64,000 nt of DNA from an uncultured delta proteobacterium (GCA_963810935.1 CAWEPK010000015.1:1-64000), one strand, 5' to 3'; shown: positions 1 to 13,229, counted from the stretch's first letter. A program made the numbers and translations. Notes: generated from the sequence alone by a model not told the origin.

Positions 1-2
1 GT

Positions 3-1067
3 TTGAAAGAAGACCGGCTGACAATTATCGTCGAGATGGTAGTCGACCCGGACGGGTCGGTTCGGGACTCGGATATCTCAAGGGCGTGGGTGCGCAACCA
101 GGCGAAGCTCTCATACCATGCAGTCGGCGCATGGCTCGAAGGCGGCACCATGCCGGCAGGAGTCTCGGCCATCCCGGGGCTCGATGAGAACCTCCGAATG
201 CAGGACCGGGTAGCCCAGCGCCTGAAAGCCCTGCGCCATGCCCATGGGGCCCTTGATCTTGAAACGGTCAAGGGAACGGCGATCTTCGAGGACGGCCGGC
301 TCCGCGGGTTCAGCGTCGAGAAGAAGAACCGGGCACAGGACCTCATCGAAGACTTCATGATCGCGGCAAATGGCGTCACCGCCCGCTATCTGTCATCTCG
401 AAACTTTCCTTCCCTCCGACGTGTGGTAAAGACTCCAAAGCGATGGGTACGAATTGTCGAGCTTGCCAGGGAACACGGGTTCCAGCTTCCCGACGTACCC
501 GACTCTGCCGAGCTCGACAAGTTCCTGATGAAGCAAAAGGCAGAGGATCCCCAAAGATTCCCCGACCTGTCCCTCTCAATCATAAAGCTCCTGGGGCCGG
601 GTGAATATGCGGCAGAGCTCCCGGGAGACAGGCCCATCGGTCACTTCGGCCTCGCCGTCAGGGACTATGCCCATTCCACTGCCCCCAATCGCCGGTATCC
701 CGACCTTGTTACACAGCGATTGCTCAAGGCCGCAATGGCTCACGAGCCCGCGCCCTACCAAATAGACGAACTTGAGACCCTCGCCAGACACTGCACACAA
801 GAGGAGGATGAAGCGAAGAAGGTCGAGCGGCAGGTGGAGAAATCGGCAGCGGCGTTGCTGCTCGAGTCACGCATCGGGGAACATTTCGACGCGATCGTGA
901 CTGGTGCTGCGCCCAAAGGAACATGGGTGCGCATTCTTTATCCTCCCATTGAAGGGAGGTTAGTGCATGGCTTCGAAGGACTCGACGTGGGCCACCGGAT
1001 CAGGGTGCAGCTGATCAACACGGATGTGGAGCGGGGATTCATCGATTTCAAGAGGGCCCATAGATAG
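3..1067 (+). CDS. RNB-domain exoribonuclease (RNase II/R family), 5'-truncated by window edge
   Basis: LIEDFMIAAN, HFGLA..YAHSTAPNRRYPDL motifs and C-terminal S1-like domain. Confidence 0.9.
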   Translation: MKEDRLTIIVEMVVDPDGSVRDSDISRAWVRNQAKLSYHAVGAWLEGGTMPAGVSAIPGLDENLRMQDRVAQRLKALRHAHGALDLETVKGTAIFEDGRLRGFSVEKKNRAQDLIEDFMIAANGVTARYLSSRNFPSLRRVVKTPKRWVRIVELAREHGFQLPDVPDSAELDKFLMKQKAEDPQRFPDLSLSIIKLLGPGEYAAELPGDRPIGHFGLAVRDYAHSTAPNRRYPDLVTQRLLKAAMAHEPAPYQIDELETLARHCTQEEDEAKKVERQVEKSAAALLLESRIGEHFDAIVTGAAPKGTWVRILYPPIEGRLVHGFEGLDVGHRIRVQLINTDVERGFIDFKRAHR

Positions 1068-1096
1068 GAACGTCATGATTTAATGAAACCCCGATG

Positions 1097-1735
1097 CTAA
1101 GAACGAGCGGAGATATACGGGTTGGTCGCTTTTTCCATGTCTATCGTACTTTTCGGCGCGCTGCCGTAATTATGGCCCGGCAGCACCAAGGTGTCATCAG
1201 GCAGGGTGTAGAGCTTGTTGCGAATGGATGTGGCAAGCGCCTCCCAGGAGCCGCCTCCCCCGTCGGTTCTGCCGACAGCCCCGATGAACAGGGTATCGCC
1301 GGTGAAGACAACTCCCTTATGGTACAGGCAGATACCTCCGGGAGAATGGCCCGGGGTGTGAATGACGGACAGGCTTACCTCGCCCACGGTAACGACGTCG
1401 CCGTCCTTGACGGTCCTGCCGGCAGGAGGCGAACCCTCAGCCCCAAACATCCTCAGCATCTCCGGGGATTGGTGGGTGAGGGCGTAGGCTTCCAGCTCGT
1501 GGATGACGATAATCGCTCCGGTCGACTCCTGCATGCGCTTGTTCCCCAGGATATGGTCCACATGGGAATGGGTGTTGAGAATGTACTTTATCGTGAAGCC
1601 CCTCCTTGCGGCTTCCTGGAGAATGCGGTGCTCGTCGCCCGCAGGGTCTATCACCAGCGCTTCTTTCGTTTTCTCGCAGCCGACGAGATAGGCAAAGACC
1701 GCCATCTGTCCCACTTGCATCTGCTTTACCTTCAC
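1097..1735 (-). CDS. MBL-fold metallo-hydrolase (glyoxalase II-like)
   Basis: THSHVDH, HTPGHS, FTGD and PGH motifs. Confidence 0.9.
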   Translation of the reverse strand: MKVKQMQVGQMAVFAYLVGCEKTKEALVIDPAGDEHRILQEAARRGFTIKYILNTHSHVDHILGNKRMQESTGAIIVIHELEAYALTHQSPEMLRMFGAEGSPPAGRTVKDGDVVTVGEVSLSVIHTPGHSPGGICLYHKGVVFTGDTLFIGAVGRTDGGGGSWEALATSIRNKLYTLPDDTLVLPGHNYGSAPKSTIDMEKATNPYISARS

Positions 1736-1895
1736 GTGCGCTCCAATTAATCGAAATCACTAACAATGCTATCGTTCAAGGGAGACATGCAAGCAAGAAT
1801 CGCCTTGGACAACTTCGTCCTTGTCCCGGAGGGACAGATGAAAGTCGAGGGTCGCCACCGTAGATAGCTGTCATTCTACACCGAACAGATGTTTT

Positions 1896-2147
1896 TTAGT
1901 TCCGCCGTGAAAGACAGTCTTCACAGATCCATCCTTCGTCCAGTTCTTCCGCGCCGGCTATCGGCATTACTCTGACGCAGCACATGCACCTTATTTCCCT
2001 AACACCGAGGGCCATAAGCTGGAGCTTCCTCGGGATGGGAGTCTTTATCAATACAACGGTTCTATCCCGGCTCTCATCATCCGGCGTCGTCTCCTCGTAG
2101 TCCCATTCCCCTTCATAAGCCTCGGCGGCACTTGTGTTTCTTCCCAT
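1896..2147 (-). CDS. small hypothetical protein with acidic N-terminus and C-terminal CxxC...CxxC putative zinc finger
   Basis: CMCC and CEDC motifs; ATG at 2147 (alternative TTG at 2159 after AAAGGA). Confidence 0.6.
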   Translation of the reverse strand: MGRNTSAAEAYEGEWDYEETTPDDESRDRTVVLIKTPIPRKLQLMALGVREIRCMCCVRVMPIAGAEELDEGWICEDCLSRRN

Positions 2148-2165
2148 ACTATCACCCAAATCCTT

Positions 2166-2249
2166 TCACCTAATCCGGACTGTTATCGGTATGCTCGGAT
2201 TCTCACTTGTATCGGCTCCGATCACCTGTTTTCTTTGACCACCGGCCAC
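2166..2249 (-). CDS. 27-aa peptide whose N-terminus is homologous to the DnaK N-terminus (MAGGQRKQVIGAD vs [13 protein letters not shown])
   Basis: GTG start after GAGG; aligns with dnaK at 43420-43458. Confidence 0.5.
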   Translation of the reverse strand: MAGGQRKQVIGADTSENPSIPITVRIR

Positions 2250-2319
2250 ATTGTCCTCGTTGCGGTCAATATCAATTGTATACAATCGAAGATAATCCGC
2301 CTCCCCGGTTTTGTCAAAT
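2250..2319 (-). promoter_or_regulatory. sigma70 promoter TTGACA-N17-TATCTT with ATTGTATACAAT palindrome; near-copy of the dnaK upstream region
   Basis: direct alignment with 43459-43527; palindrome at 2275-2286. Confidence 0.75.
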
Positions 2320-2731
2320 AGACCTCTTCCTGACCGACCGGCCGGGAGCCGGCCGACCGGCGCGTCCGGGTTCGGAAAACCCGTGCGTGAGGTTCTCTTA
2401 TAGGCAGGAAGACATGGTCGCACGACCCTTATATTGCGTCGTTCTGTCTAATTGAAAAGGCATTTGGAGAACAATGCAAGTTAGGGCATTGTAGGTTGCG
2501 TCCGCACTCTCCGGTATGCGCTCCCGAAAAGGATTGCCGCCACGAACGATGACAACGGCGATGGCATGTAATCCATACCTCGGGCTGGATAGAGCCTGCG
2601 TCGGCGTCCTTCCTGGAGTCCTTAACCCTGACTCTCTCCGTTCGATAGGCGAATTGGCGCGGTAATCGTGAGCGGGCACAAAGAAAGCGGAGTCATTCCT
2701 GCACCCCGTTTCTCGGATGGCCCAATCCTCC

Positions 2732-3608
2732 TTACTTCTTGAACCTTCTCCGTACAACCCCGAGAGCTATGAGGCCGGGGCCGAGAAGGAGCACGGCAGG
2801 AGGAAGCGGGGTAGGCGTCGCGAGGAAGCCTTGCTCCTTGGTTCCATTGAAATATTGCCCTACGATGTTGCTGCCGTCTGTGCCAAGGGCTTCAGTACTG
2901 GTCCCACCCGGAACGTTGAGGGTGGTGTAATTGGTACCGTCATAGAGGAACCCGTGAGAATTGCCGCTCGCGTCGATGTAGTACCCTACGATGTCGCCCC
3001 CGTTTATTCCACGGGCCGCAGTGGATGTTGCGCCCGGAACGCTGAAAGTGGTGTAGGTCTGAGTTGCAATGTCATAGATGTACCCATTCCCGGAATACGA
3101 CCCCCACTATGCTGTTGCCGCTTATGCCGTAAGCGGGAGCGGGTAAATTGAGGGTAGTCCAGGTCGTAGTCGCACTGTTATAGAGAAACTGATAGGTTAC
3201 ACCGGCTTTTACGTAATGGCCCACGATGTTGTTGCCGTCTATGCCCACGGGCGTAGTCGAGCTTGCGCCCGGAGCGTTGAAAGTGGTGTAGGTCTGGGTC
3301 GTGATGTCATAGGTGAAACCGGGGGCGCCCTGCTCGTTTGCGTACCCCACAACCAGGTTGCCGCTTATGCCCGTAGCCGGACTATTGGCAGAACCCGGCA
3401 CGTAGATGGGGCTGCCGTAAGTCCCGGTTGCGACGTTATATAAGTACCCAATGCCGGGACCCACCAGGACGTTGCCACCGCTTATGCCGTAGGCGACAGT
3501 GCTGCCTCCGAGATTGAGGGTCGTATAGGTATAATCGGCACGGGCGGGGCCGAATGACAGCAATGTTATCAGGATGAAAAACGACGCCGTCAGAATCGTG
3601 TTTCGCAA
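2732..3608 (-). CDS. exported repeat protein with PEP-CTERM/VPLPA-CTERM-like sorting signal (frameshift at C5 run 3101-3105)
   Basis: signal peptide; YTTxNxPGAxSTxxxGIxGxNIVG repeats continue in the shifted frame; ends TPLPPAVLLLGPGLIALGVVRRRFKK*. Confidence 0.8.
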
Positions 3609-3639
3609 GTAGTAGACCCCCTATTTCAACTCCGTTATT

Positions 3640-3745
3640 CTCTGGCGGCCCTGCTGTCTTGCTCGTGGGGTGTCTTTAGAAAGGCGTCGTTGAGACCCGT
3701 TGGCTTTCCGTCCCACCGTCACGGATGGTTTAGCTTTAGCTGATT
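3640..3745 (-). ncRNA. GEMM-I (c-di-GMP-I / 3',3'-cGAMP class) riboswitch
   Basis: minus strand GCTAAACCATCCGTGACGGTGGGACGGAAAGCCAACGGGTCTC...AAGACAGCAGGGCCGCC matches the deltaproteobacterial GEMM-I pattern; lies in the 5' UTR of the CTERM gene. Confidence 0.85.
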
Positions 3746-4128
3746 GCGCTATTGTAAAACAATGCATAAAGCGTTGTAAAGAACAAAACAGGCCGTGGAT
3801 TAATATTTTCTGAACCTTTCGAGTGATATTGCGCATTTTAACCCGACAAGCTAAAGCATGGACTGGTAGGTGACATCGACAAGCGGCCGGGGGTGATAGG
3901 ATATGCGGATTACGCCTGCGGTGCGGACTCAACGGCATTGTGAAGAAGCGTGTTACCTGTCTTACATCATTCTTTCGTTCGGAAGGAGCTGCGGCGAGGA
4001 CGGGCCTGTCGGCACGGAGCCGACGAAAAGGCACTTACGGGGGAAACGGGAGGGGCTGGTCCGACCGGGACAGGGCAGGGACATCAGGCATCGCGTGGGA
4101 GGGACGGGGCAGGCCCCCTTTGTGCCTT

Positions 4129-4455
4129 TTAGTCCATCGACAGATGGGCGGACATCTCCGAAAGCTCGATCTCCGTTACGCCTTCGGGTCCGTATCGCAG
4201 GACCTTGCTTCCGAAGTCTTCCTCGTCGATCTTGCCCCTGACCCACTCGTCCCAGGATTCTTTACGGGCCGAGACGATGGACTCGAAATCTCCCGATTTG
4301 CCGAAGCCGGGCAGCGCCTCATCCTCTATCCAGACGCAGTAGTTGGTCCTCTTCTTTCCCTCTTCCGAGACGACGTAGAAATACTGAAAATGCTTGCTCC
4401 CCGGCTTCAAACCGTCTTTGATGTCGTAGCTCTTATAAGACCATTCTTGCTCCAT
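4129..4455 (-). CDS. hypothetical protein (108 aa)
   Basis: purine-rich SD before ATG; protein-like composition; no recognised family. Confidence 0.7.
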   Translation of the reverse strand: MEQEWSYKSYDIKDGLKPGSKHFQYFYVVSEEGKKRTNYCVWIEDEALPGFGKSGDFESIVSARKESWDEWVRGKIDEEDFGSKVLRYGPEGVTEIELSEMSAHLSMD

Positions 4456-4761
4456 CCTTCCCCTCCTCTTTTGGGACCGCCGCTTTCAGGCGCGGACCTT
4501 GCGCCGGGTTGAGGCGACCGGTCCGACTCTTTAGCGACGTCGATACCCCTCATTAGTCAATGTAATGCCGTCCCCTTCGTGCGGCAATTTGCGCCCGGCC
4601 CTCCGGGTGTGAGCTGCGACGTGCTTCTTTGCAGTCTACAACATGTCGGCGGCCCCTGGTTGGCAATTCCGCCTTTCACGCCTAAATTCTCTCAAGGCTT
4701 TTCTTTCGGACGGGAATCCTCAACTTTTGGCGACCATGCGGACGCCTTCTTTGCAGGTGTT

Positions 4762-5073
4762 GTTGATACCCGATCCGCCTTACTCTTCCGCTGTCCATAA
4801 TATCGCGTCTTATGTTTTATCCCCGAAGGGGCCGGGAGATTTTGGACGGGGCACCCGCCCGACGTGAGGAGGGGAGGGTCGTTCGCGTTGCTTTCCGACG
4901 AAGCGAACCGGAGCGTATAAAATAATAGCCGGGGCGACCCGCCTGTGGACGGCGGGTGCCCGCACCATTGGCGCTCCGAGCTTGCGGGCATCGCCAAGCG
5001 GTCGGGCGGGTGGCAAGTGAGGATTCGCGCCCGAGGAAACGGCGCGAAGGCCGCCAAAAGATCCCGGCCCCCC
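4762..5073. repeat. MITE-like palindromic element, copy 1 (long form)
   Basis: homologous to 10363-10590; imperfect terminal IRs GGGGCCGGGA..TTTTGG / CCAAAA..TCCCGGCCCC. Confidence 0.75.
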
Positions 5074-5097
5074 ACCCTTTCCCGGCGCGGGGTGCGG

Positions 5098-6784
<1,687 letters not shown>

Positions 6785-7111
6785 CGTTACAGCTCATCCT
6801 TTATACGAGAGATTCAATTTGCACGATCTGAAGTATATCATAATCACGCTACCCTCCGGAATAGATGCACCTGCGGTACGCCCTTTTCTGTCGCAATCCG
6901 TGGTAGAATAGATACGTTGCGCTGGTGGCTGGCGCCGATCAACCCACGTTTAACCGCTTCTGCGTATTCCTGAAAGAGCCATCCGGGGCTCGGGGCGCCG
7001 TTATAGACCCCCAACTAAAGATAGGCGCCGTTTCAGACCACGAGCGGCCGTCTCGCATACTGACCGAGGTTACGGGTGCCAAACGACAAACCCGGGCAAG
7101 GAGTGCCACAC

Positions 7112-7408
7112 ATGGAAAACAGTACAGGTATGAAAAACTTCAACGGCCGATTTTTCCCGAAAAGGACCTTAATACGTACGAAGGAAAAGCCGTTCCGCAC
7201 GAAGAAGTACCTCGACTTCCTGGTTCACTATGATGCGGAGCTATCGCAGGTTGATGGGCCAATAATGGTAGTCAAAAGCAAAACCGGCGTCGAATTGCCG
7301 TTAGAGCAAAAAGGCAAGCTGCAAATGGTAAGGGCCCTGCTCGATGAATTTACAACGGTCAAGGGGGCCAACGATGCGATAGAAAAGTACAGGGCCTCGC
7401 ACCCTTGA
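7112..7408 (+). CDS. hypothetical basic protein
   Basis: AAGGAG SD; stop overlaps the next start (TTGA). Confidence 0.65.
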   Translation: MENSTGMKNFNGRFFPKRTLIRTKEKPFRTKKYLDFLVHYDAELSQVDGPIMVVKSKTGVELPLEQKGKLQMVRALLDEFTTVKGANDAIEKYRASHP

Positions 7409-7938
7409 ACCCTTCCGGCGTTATCGACCTTTCCGGCATGAGGTTTCCCAGACAGTTGGAGGCCGACTACGGCGCCGACGCCATCCGCCGCGTGCTCGCG
7501 GACGTGACCCGTAAGCTCTGGTCCGGCGGCGACCTCGACGTTCCGCTGATCGCGCTGAATGACCCGTTGAAGAAGGCGCTCCAGGCGGCCATGCTCAAAG
7601 GCCGGTTGTGCTGCGGGTTCGAAGCAGTTGCGCAAAAGCTGAATAATGAAAAAGCGGGGATTGAGCACGTCAGCGAACGCAGCGATGTCTCCCCCGGCGA
7701 GCGCATTTCCCGCCTCATACTTCTTTCGAACGACGGCGCTGAACGCCTTTACCGGCATGCCGAACAGCTCCTGCGGTCCCATGCCCCCCGGCTGCTCGTG
7801 TGTCTTCTCGACGCGGACAGCAGCATCCTGGGCAAGCTCATTACCGGCAAGGACAGGCAGATAAAATTGGTGATGGCGGATCACAAAGATGCCGTTTCCG
7901 GGATATTGCGCGCGGTCCTCGGTGCGCCGCCGACGTGA
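7405..7938 (+). CDS. hypothetical protein with L7Ae/L30e-like fold
   Basis: KGRLCCGFEAV, RLILLSNDGAER, LGKLITGK pattern resembles the L7Ae/YlxQ consensus (judged by eye). Confidence 0.55.
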   Translation: MNPSGVIDLSGMRFPRQLEADYGADAIRRVLADVTRKLWSGGDLDVPLIALNDPLKKALQAAMLKGRLCCGFEAVAQKLNNEKAGIEHVSERSDVSPGERISRLILLSNDGAERLYRHAEQLLRSHAPRLLVCLLDADSSILGKLITGKDRQIKLVMADHKDAVSGILRAVLGAPPT

Positions 7939-8093
7939 GAGCGTGACTCGCGACCGGGAAAACAACGCGAAAAACGCGTAACGTGTCGGCCAAGATGCTT
8001 GCTTCCTGTACCCGATAATGCTCAAATTTATATTACATTGGCAGAATGCGGACGGCCAATGCATCGTTAAACAAACGGGATGGGTGGGGCCAC

Positions 8094-8636
8094 ATGAAAA
8101 AAATGGAGATAGGCAAAGCATTCACGCTGATGGAATCCGGGCCGGTCGTTCTGGTTACCACAAATGATGGAAACAGGAACAACATAATGACGATCTCGTG
8201 GACCATGGTAATGGATTTTACGCCGATATTCGCCATAACCACCGGGCCATGGAACTACTCCTATGCCGCTCTTCAGAAAACGAAAGAATGCGTTATTTCA
8301 ATCCCCACCGTTGACATGCTCGATAAAGTCGTTGGAGCGGGAACATGTTCCGGCGCCGATACGGACAAATTTGAAAAGTTCATGCTGACTCCCGTGAAGG
8401 GAAAGCATGTCCGAGCGCCCTTGATAAAGGAATGCCTGGCGAATATAGAGTGCAAAGTTATCGACATCGTCAAAAAGCACAACATCGTGGTCCTGGAAGG
8501 CGTTGCAGCATACTTTGACAGCTCCCGAAAGGAGAAGCGAACTCTTCACGCAGTCGGCGATGGAACTTTCATAGTGGACGGCGGCAAGCTGAACCGGAAG
8601 AAAATGATGCGCGCAAAACTTCCGGCCGGCCTCTAA
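8094..8636 (+). CDS. flavin reductase family (flavoredoxin-like) protein
   Basis: GPVVLVTT, NIMTISW, GTCSG..DKF, APLIKEC..NIEC motifs. Confidence 0.85.
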   Translation: MKKMEIGKAFTLMESGPVVLVTTNDGNRNNIMTISWTMVMDFTPIFAITTGPWNYSYAALQKTKECVISIPTVDMLDKVVGAGTCSGADTDKFEKFMLTPVKGKHVRAPLIKECLANIECKVIDIVKKHNIVVLEGVAAYFDSSRKEKRTLHAVGDGTFIVDGGKLNRKKMMRAKLPAGL

Positions 8637-8822
8637 CTCGTTGACGTGTTCCCGGTCCCAACCCGGTCTTATCAGCTAATCATACGACCGAACACTTCCC
8701 GGGTTTCTTGCGAATACAATTTCATCTTGATCTTATAGGCCTGAGTTCGTAGTATGTGTAAACTAACATCGCAGAGGAAAACTCCGCACGCCAAGAGGCG
8801 GGGCACGGAGGGAAAACAGACA

Positions 8823-10184
8823 ATGAGACCACCTACCTGGGACCGCGAAGCAGACCTGGTGATTGTAGGCAGCGGCTATGCGGGTCTGGCCGCCGCGATT
8901 GAAGCAGAACGCCTCGGCGTGTCAGTTATCATCCTCGAGAAGATGGATAGACCCGGCGGCAACTCGTTGATAGCGAGAGGAGGAGCCAACGCGGTCGACC
9001 CGGAGCGGCAGCAAAGACAGGGTATCGACGATTCATGGGACCTTCACTTTTCGCAAACCATGAAAGGGGGAGACGGCATCAACGACCCCGAGAAGGTCAG
9101 GTACATGGTAGAGCACGCGCTGGAGGGTTGCATACTTTTTTTGGAGGACCTCGGGGTGGCGTGGCCGGACAAGGTCATCAGGGGCTACGGTGCGCTTTAC
9201 GAGAGAACGCACGATGTACCTTCATACCGGGACCGGAACGGGCGAACATGGAAGAGAGGAGCCGCCAGCGTACACGCGATGCTCGATTACCTGCGGGAGC
9301 GCGGCCGGCACGTTTTGTGCGGCCACGCCGTCACGCAGATAATCAGGGAAGAGCCGCTCGCCGGGCGGGTGACAGGTGTTGAGATTGAGGCAAGAGAGGG
9401 GACCGCATATATAAAGGCTGCAAAAGGCGTCATTCTCGCCACCGGCGGGTTCGGCGCAAATCTCGAATGGGTCACGAAGCACGACCGGAGGCTGGCCAAT
9501 ACGGGTACAACCAACCATCCGGGCGCCATCGGAGAATGTATCGCATACGCCCAGGATGTGGGGGCGGACACCCTCCATATGGACTACATCCAGGCCATAC
9601 CCCACACCGGCGTTCGGCCCCCGTTCAAAGGCATGTTCTACACGATCGACAGCGAGGAAATTCGCTCCTTTTCGAGCTCGCTGCCTTACCGGATATTTGT
9701 CAACGCGAACGGCAACAGGTTTGCCGATGAGGGCGGACGGCGCGACGTAATCACAGACGCGTGCCTTGGGCAGCCTCTATTCGAGCCCGCCCCTGCGATC
9801 CGGTGCTCTGTTATCGAGGAAATAGAGTCTGCGCTCGGGATCCCGCACGGTAATCTCGTGAAAACGATCAGCCGGTACAACGCGGCGTGCGCCGCGAAGC
9901 AGGACGCCGAGTTTGGTAAAGACGTTTCTCTCCTGATACCTTTGACGAAGCCGCCATTCCGGGCGATGTCGAGCGCAATTCAGCGACATCATACTATGGG
10001 TGGCTTGCGGGTGAAGGGGGCCACGGGCGAGGTGCTCGACAGGAGCGGAGTTGTAATTCCCGGCCTGTATGCGGCCGGCGAGGTGACCGGGGGGACACAT
10101 GGGGCAAACCGTGTCGGGCATAATGCGACCGTAGATTGCATAGTGTTCGGACGCGCTTGTGCCCGTGCTGCATTTTCCACTTAG
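8823..10184 (+). CDS. flavocytochrome c flavin subunit family FAD oxidoreductase
   Basis: GSGYAG, GGNS, ATGGF, HHTMGG, GLYAAGEVTGG..GANR motifs. Confidence 0.88.
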   Translation: MRPPTWDREADLVIVGSGYAGLAAAIEAERLGVSVIILEKMDRPGGNSLIARGGANAVDPERQQRQGIDDSWDLHFSQTMKGGDGINDPEKVRYMVEHALEGCILFLEDLGVAWPDKVIRGYGALYERTHDVPSYRDRNGRTWKRGAASVHAMLDYLRERGRHVLCGHAVTQIIREEPLAGRVTGVEIEAREGTAYIKAAKGVILATGGFGANLEWVTKHDRRLANTGTTNHPGAIGECIAYAQDVGADTLHMDYIQAIPHTGVRPPFKGMFYTIDSEEIRSFSSSLPYRIFVNANGNRFADEGGRRDVITDACLGQPLFEPAPAIRCSVIEEIESALGIPHGNLVKTISRYNAACAAKQDAEFGKDVSLLIPLTKPPFRAMSSAIQRHHTMGGLRVKGATGEVLDRSGVVIPGLYAAGEVTGGTHGANRVGHNATVDCIVFGRACARAAFST

Positions 10185-10362
10185 GGAGAACTTTCTCGCG
10201 TCTTGAATCTATAACCTGCAAATATATTATGCTTGAATAGATCAGGGAATTATCTCGCCTACTTCCTGTACTCGATAACGTTAAAGTTTCTCTGCATGAT
10301 CCGAATGCGCGTGGTAATCAATAGAGGACGGGTCCCAGCCAGAGATCAAGGATGGTAGGCGA

Positions 10363-10590
10363 TTGTCGATACCCAATCTGACTTACTCTTCTGCTGTCCC
10401 ATAATATCGAGGCCTATCTTTTTACCTCCAAAGGGGCCGGGAGGTTTTGGACGGGGCACCCGCCCGACGTGAGGAGGGGAGGGTCGTTCGCGTTGCTTTC
10501 GACGAAGCGAGCCCCAGCGTACGTAGTTGGTACGTGAGGACTCGCGCCCGAGAAAACGACGCGAAAGGCGCCAAAAGATCACGGCCCCCC
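10363..10590. repeat. MITE-like palindromic element, copy 2 (short form, CGTAC...GTACG central hairpin)
   Basis: 56-bp stretch identical to copy 1; same terminal IRs. Confidence 0.75.
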
Positions 10591-10636
10591 TCGCCTGCCC
10601 CTCGAAAACGGCCCTCATAAATAGTAATATAAATAC

Positions 10637-12889
<2,253 letters not shown>

Positions 12890-13061
12890 GCACGTTTCAC
12901 GCTTCCAACAGCGGGTAAAAGCAAAGAGTAAAAAAAAGCCACTGCGGAGTAATGCGGGCGGCCGCAATCGAATAAAGAGCATTATTGGGCGGCGGTAAGA
13001 GCAGGTTGTACTATGGATATAGGTGGGATACTGAGACGTAAATACGATGAGATGCCTCTTT

Positions 13062-13175
13062 CCTCCGTCATACCGGCGAAAGCCGGTATCCAGGTATTTC
13101 CCAGGCCTGGAACGGTCTGGACCCTGGCTCCCGGATTGAAACATTCCGGGACAGGCTTCGCCAGGGTGACGGAGG
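13062..13175. repeat. REP-like doublet (GTCATACCGGCGAAAGCCGGTATCCAG family) with nested hairpin insert
   Basis: outer IR CCTCCGTCA/TGACGGAGG; same arm at 38542 and 40955. Confidence 0.7.
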
Positions 13176-13229
13176 GGGGGAGACGTATCTTCTGTTGCCT
13201 CTCCCCTTGGGGGGGTGAGGGGTAGATAT

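Noticed and set aside
2780..3530. Recurring nucleotide motifs as a CRISPR-like array
   Set aside because: They are degenerate in-frame protein repeats of the CTERM gene, not identical repeats with unique spacers.
4692..5075. ORFs inside the repeat elements (also 10346-10618, 41099-41473, 43431-43943)
   Set aside because: They overlap palindromic non-coding repeats and have Arg/Pro/Gly-rich non-protein-like composition.
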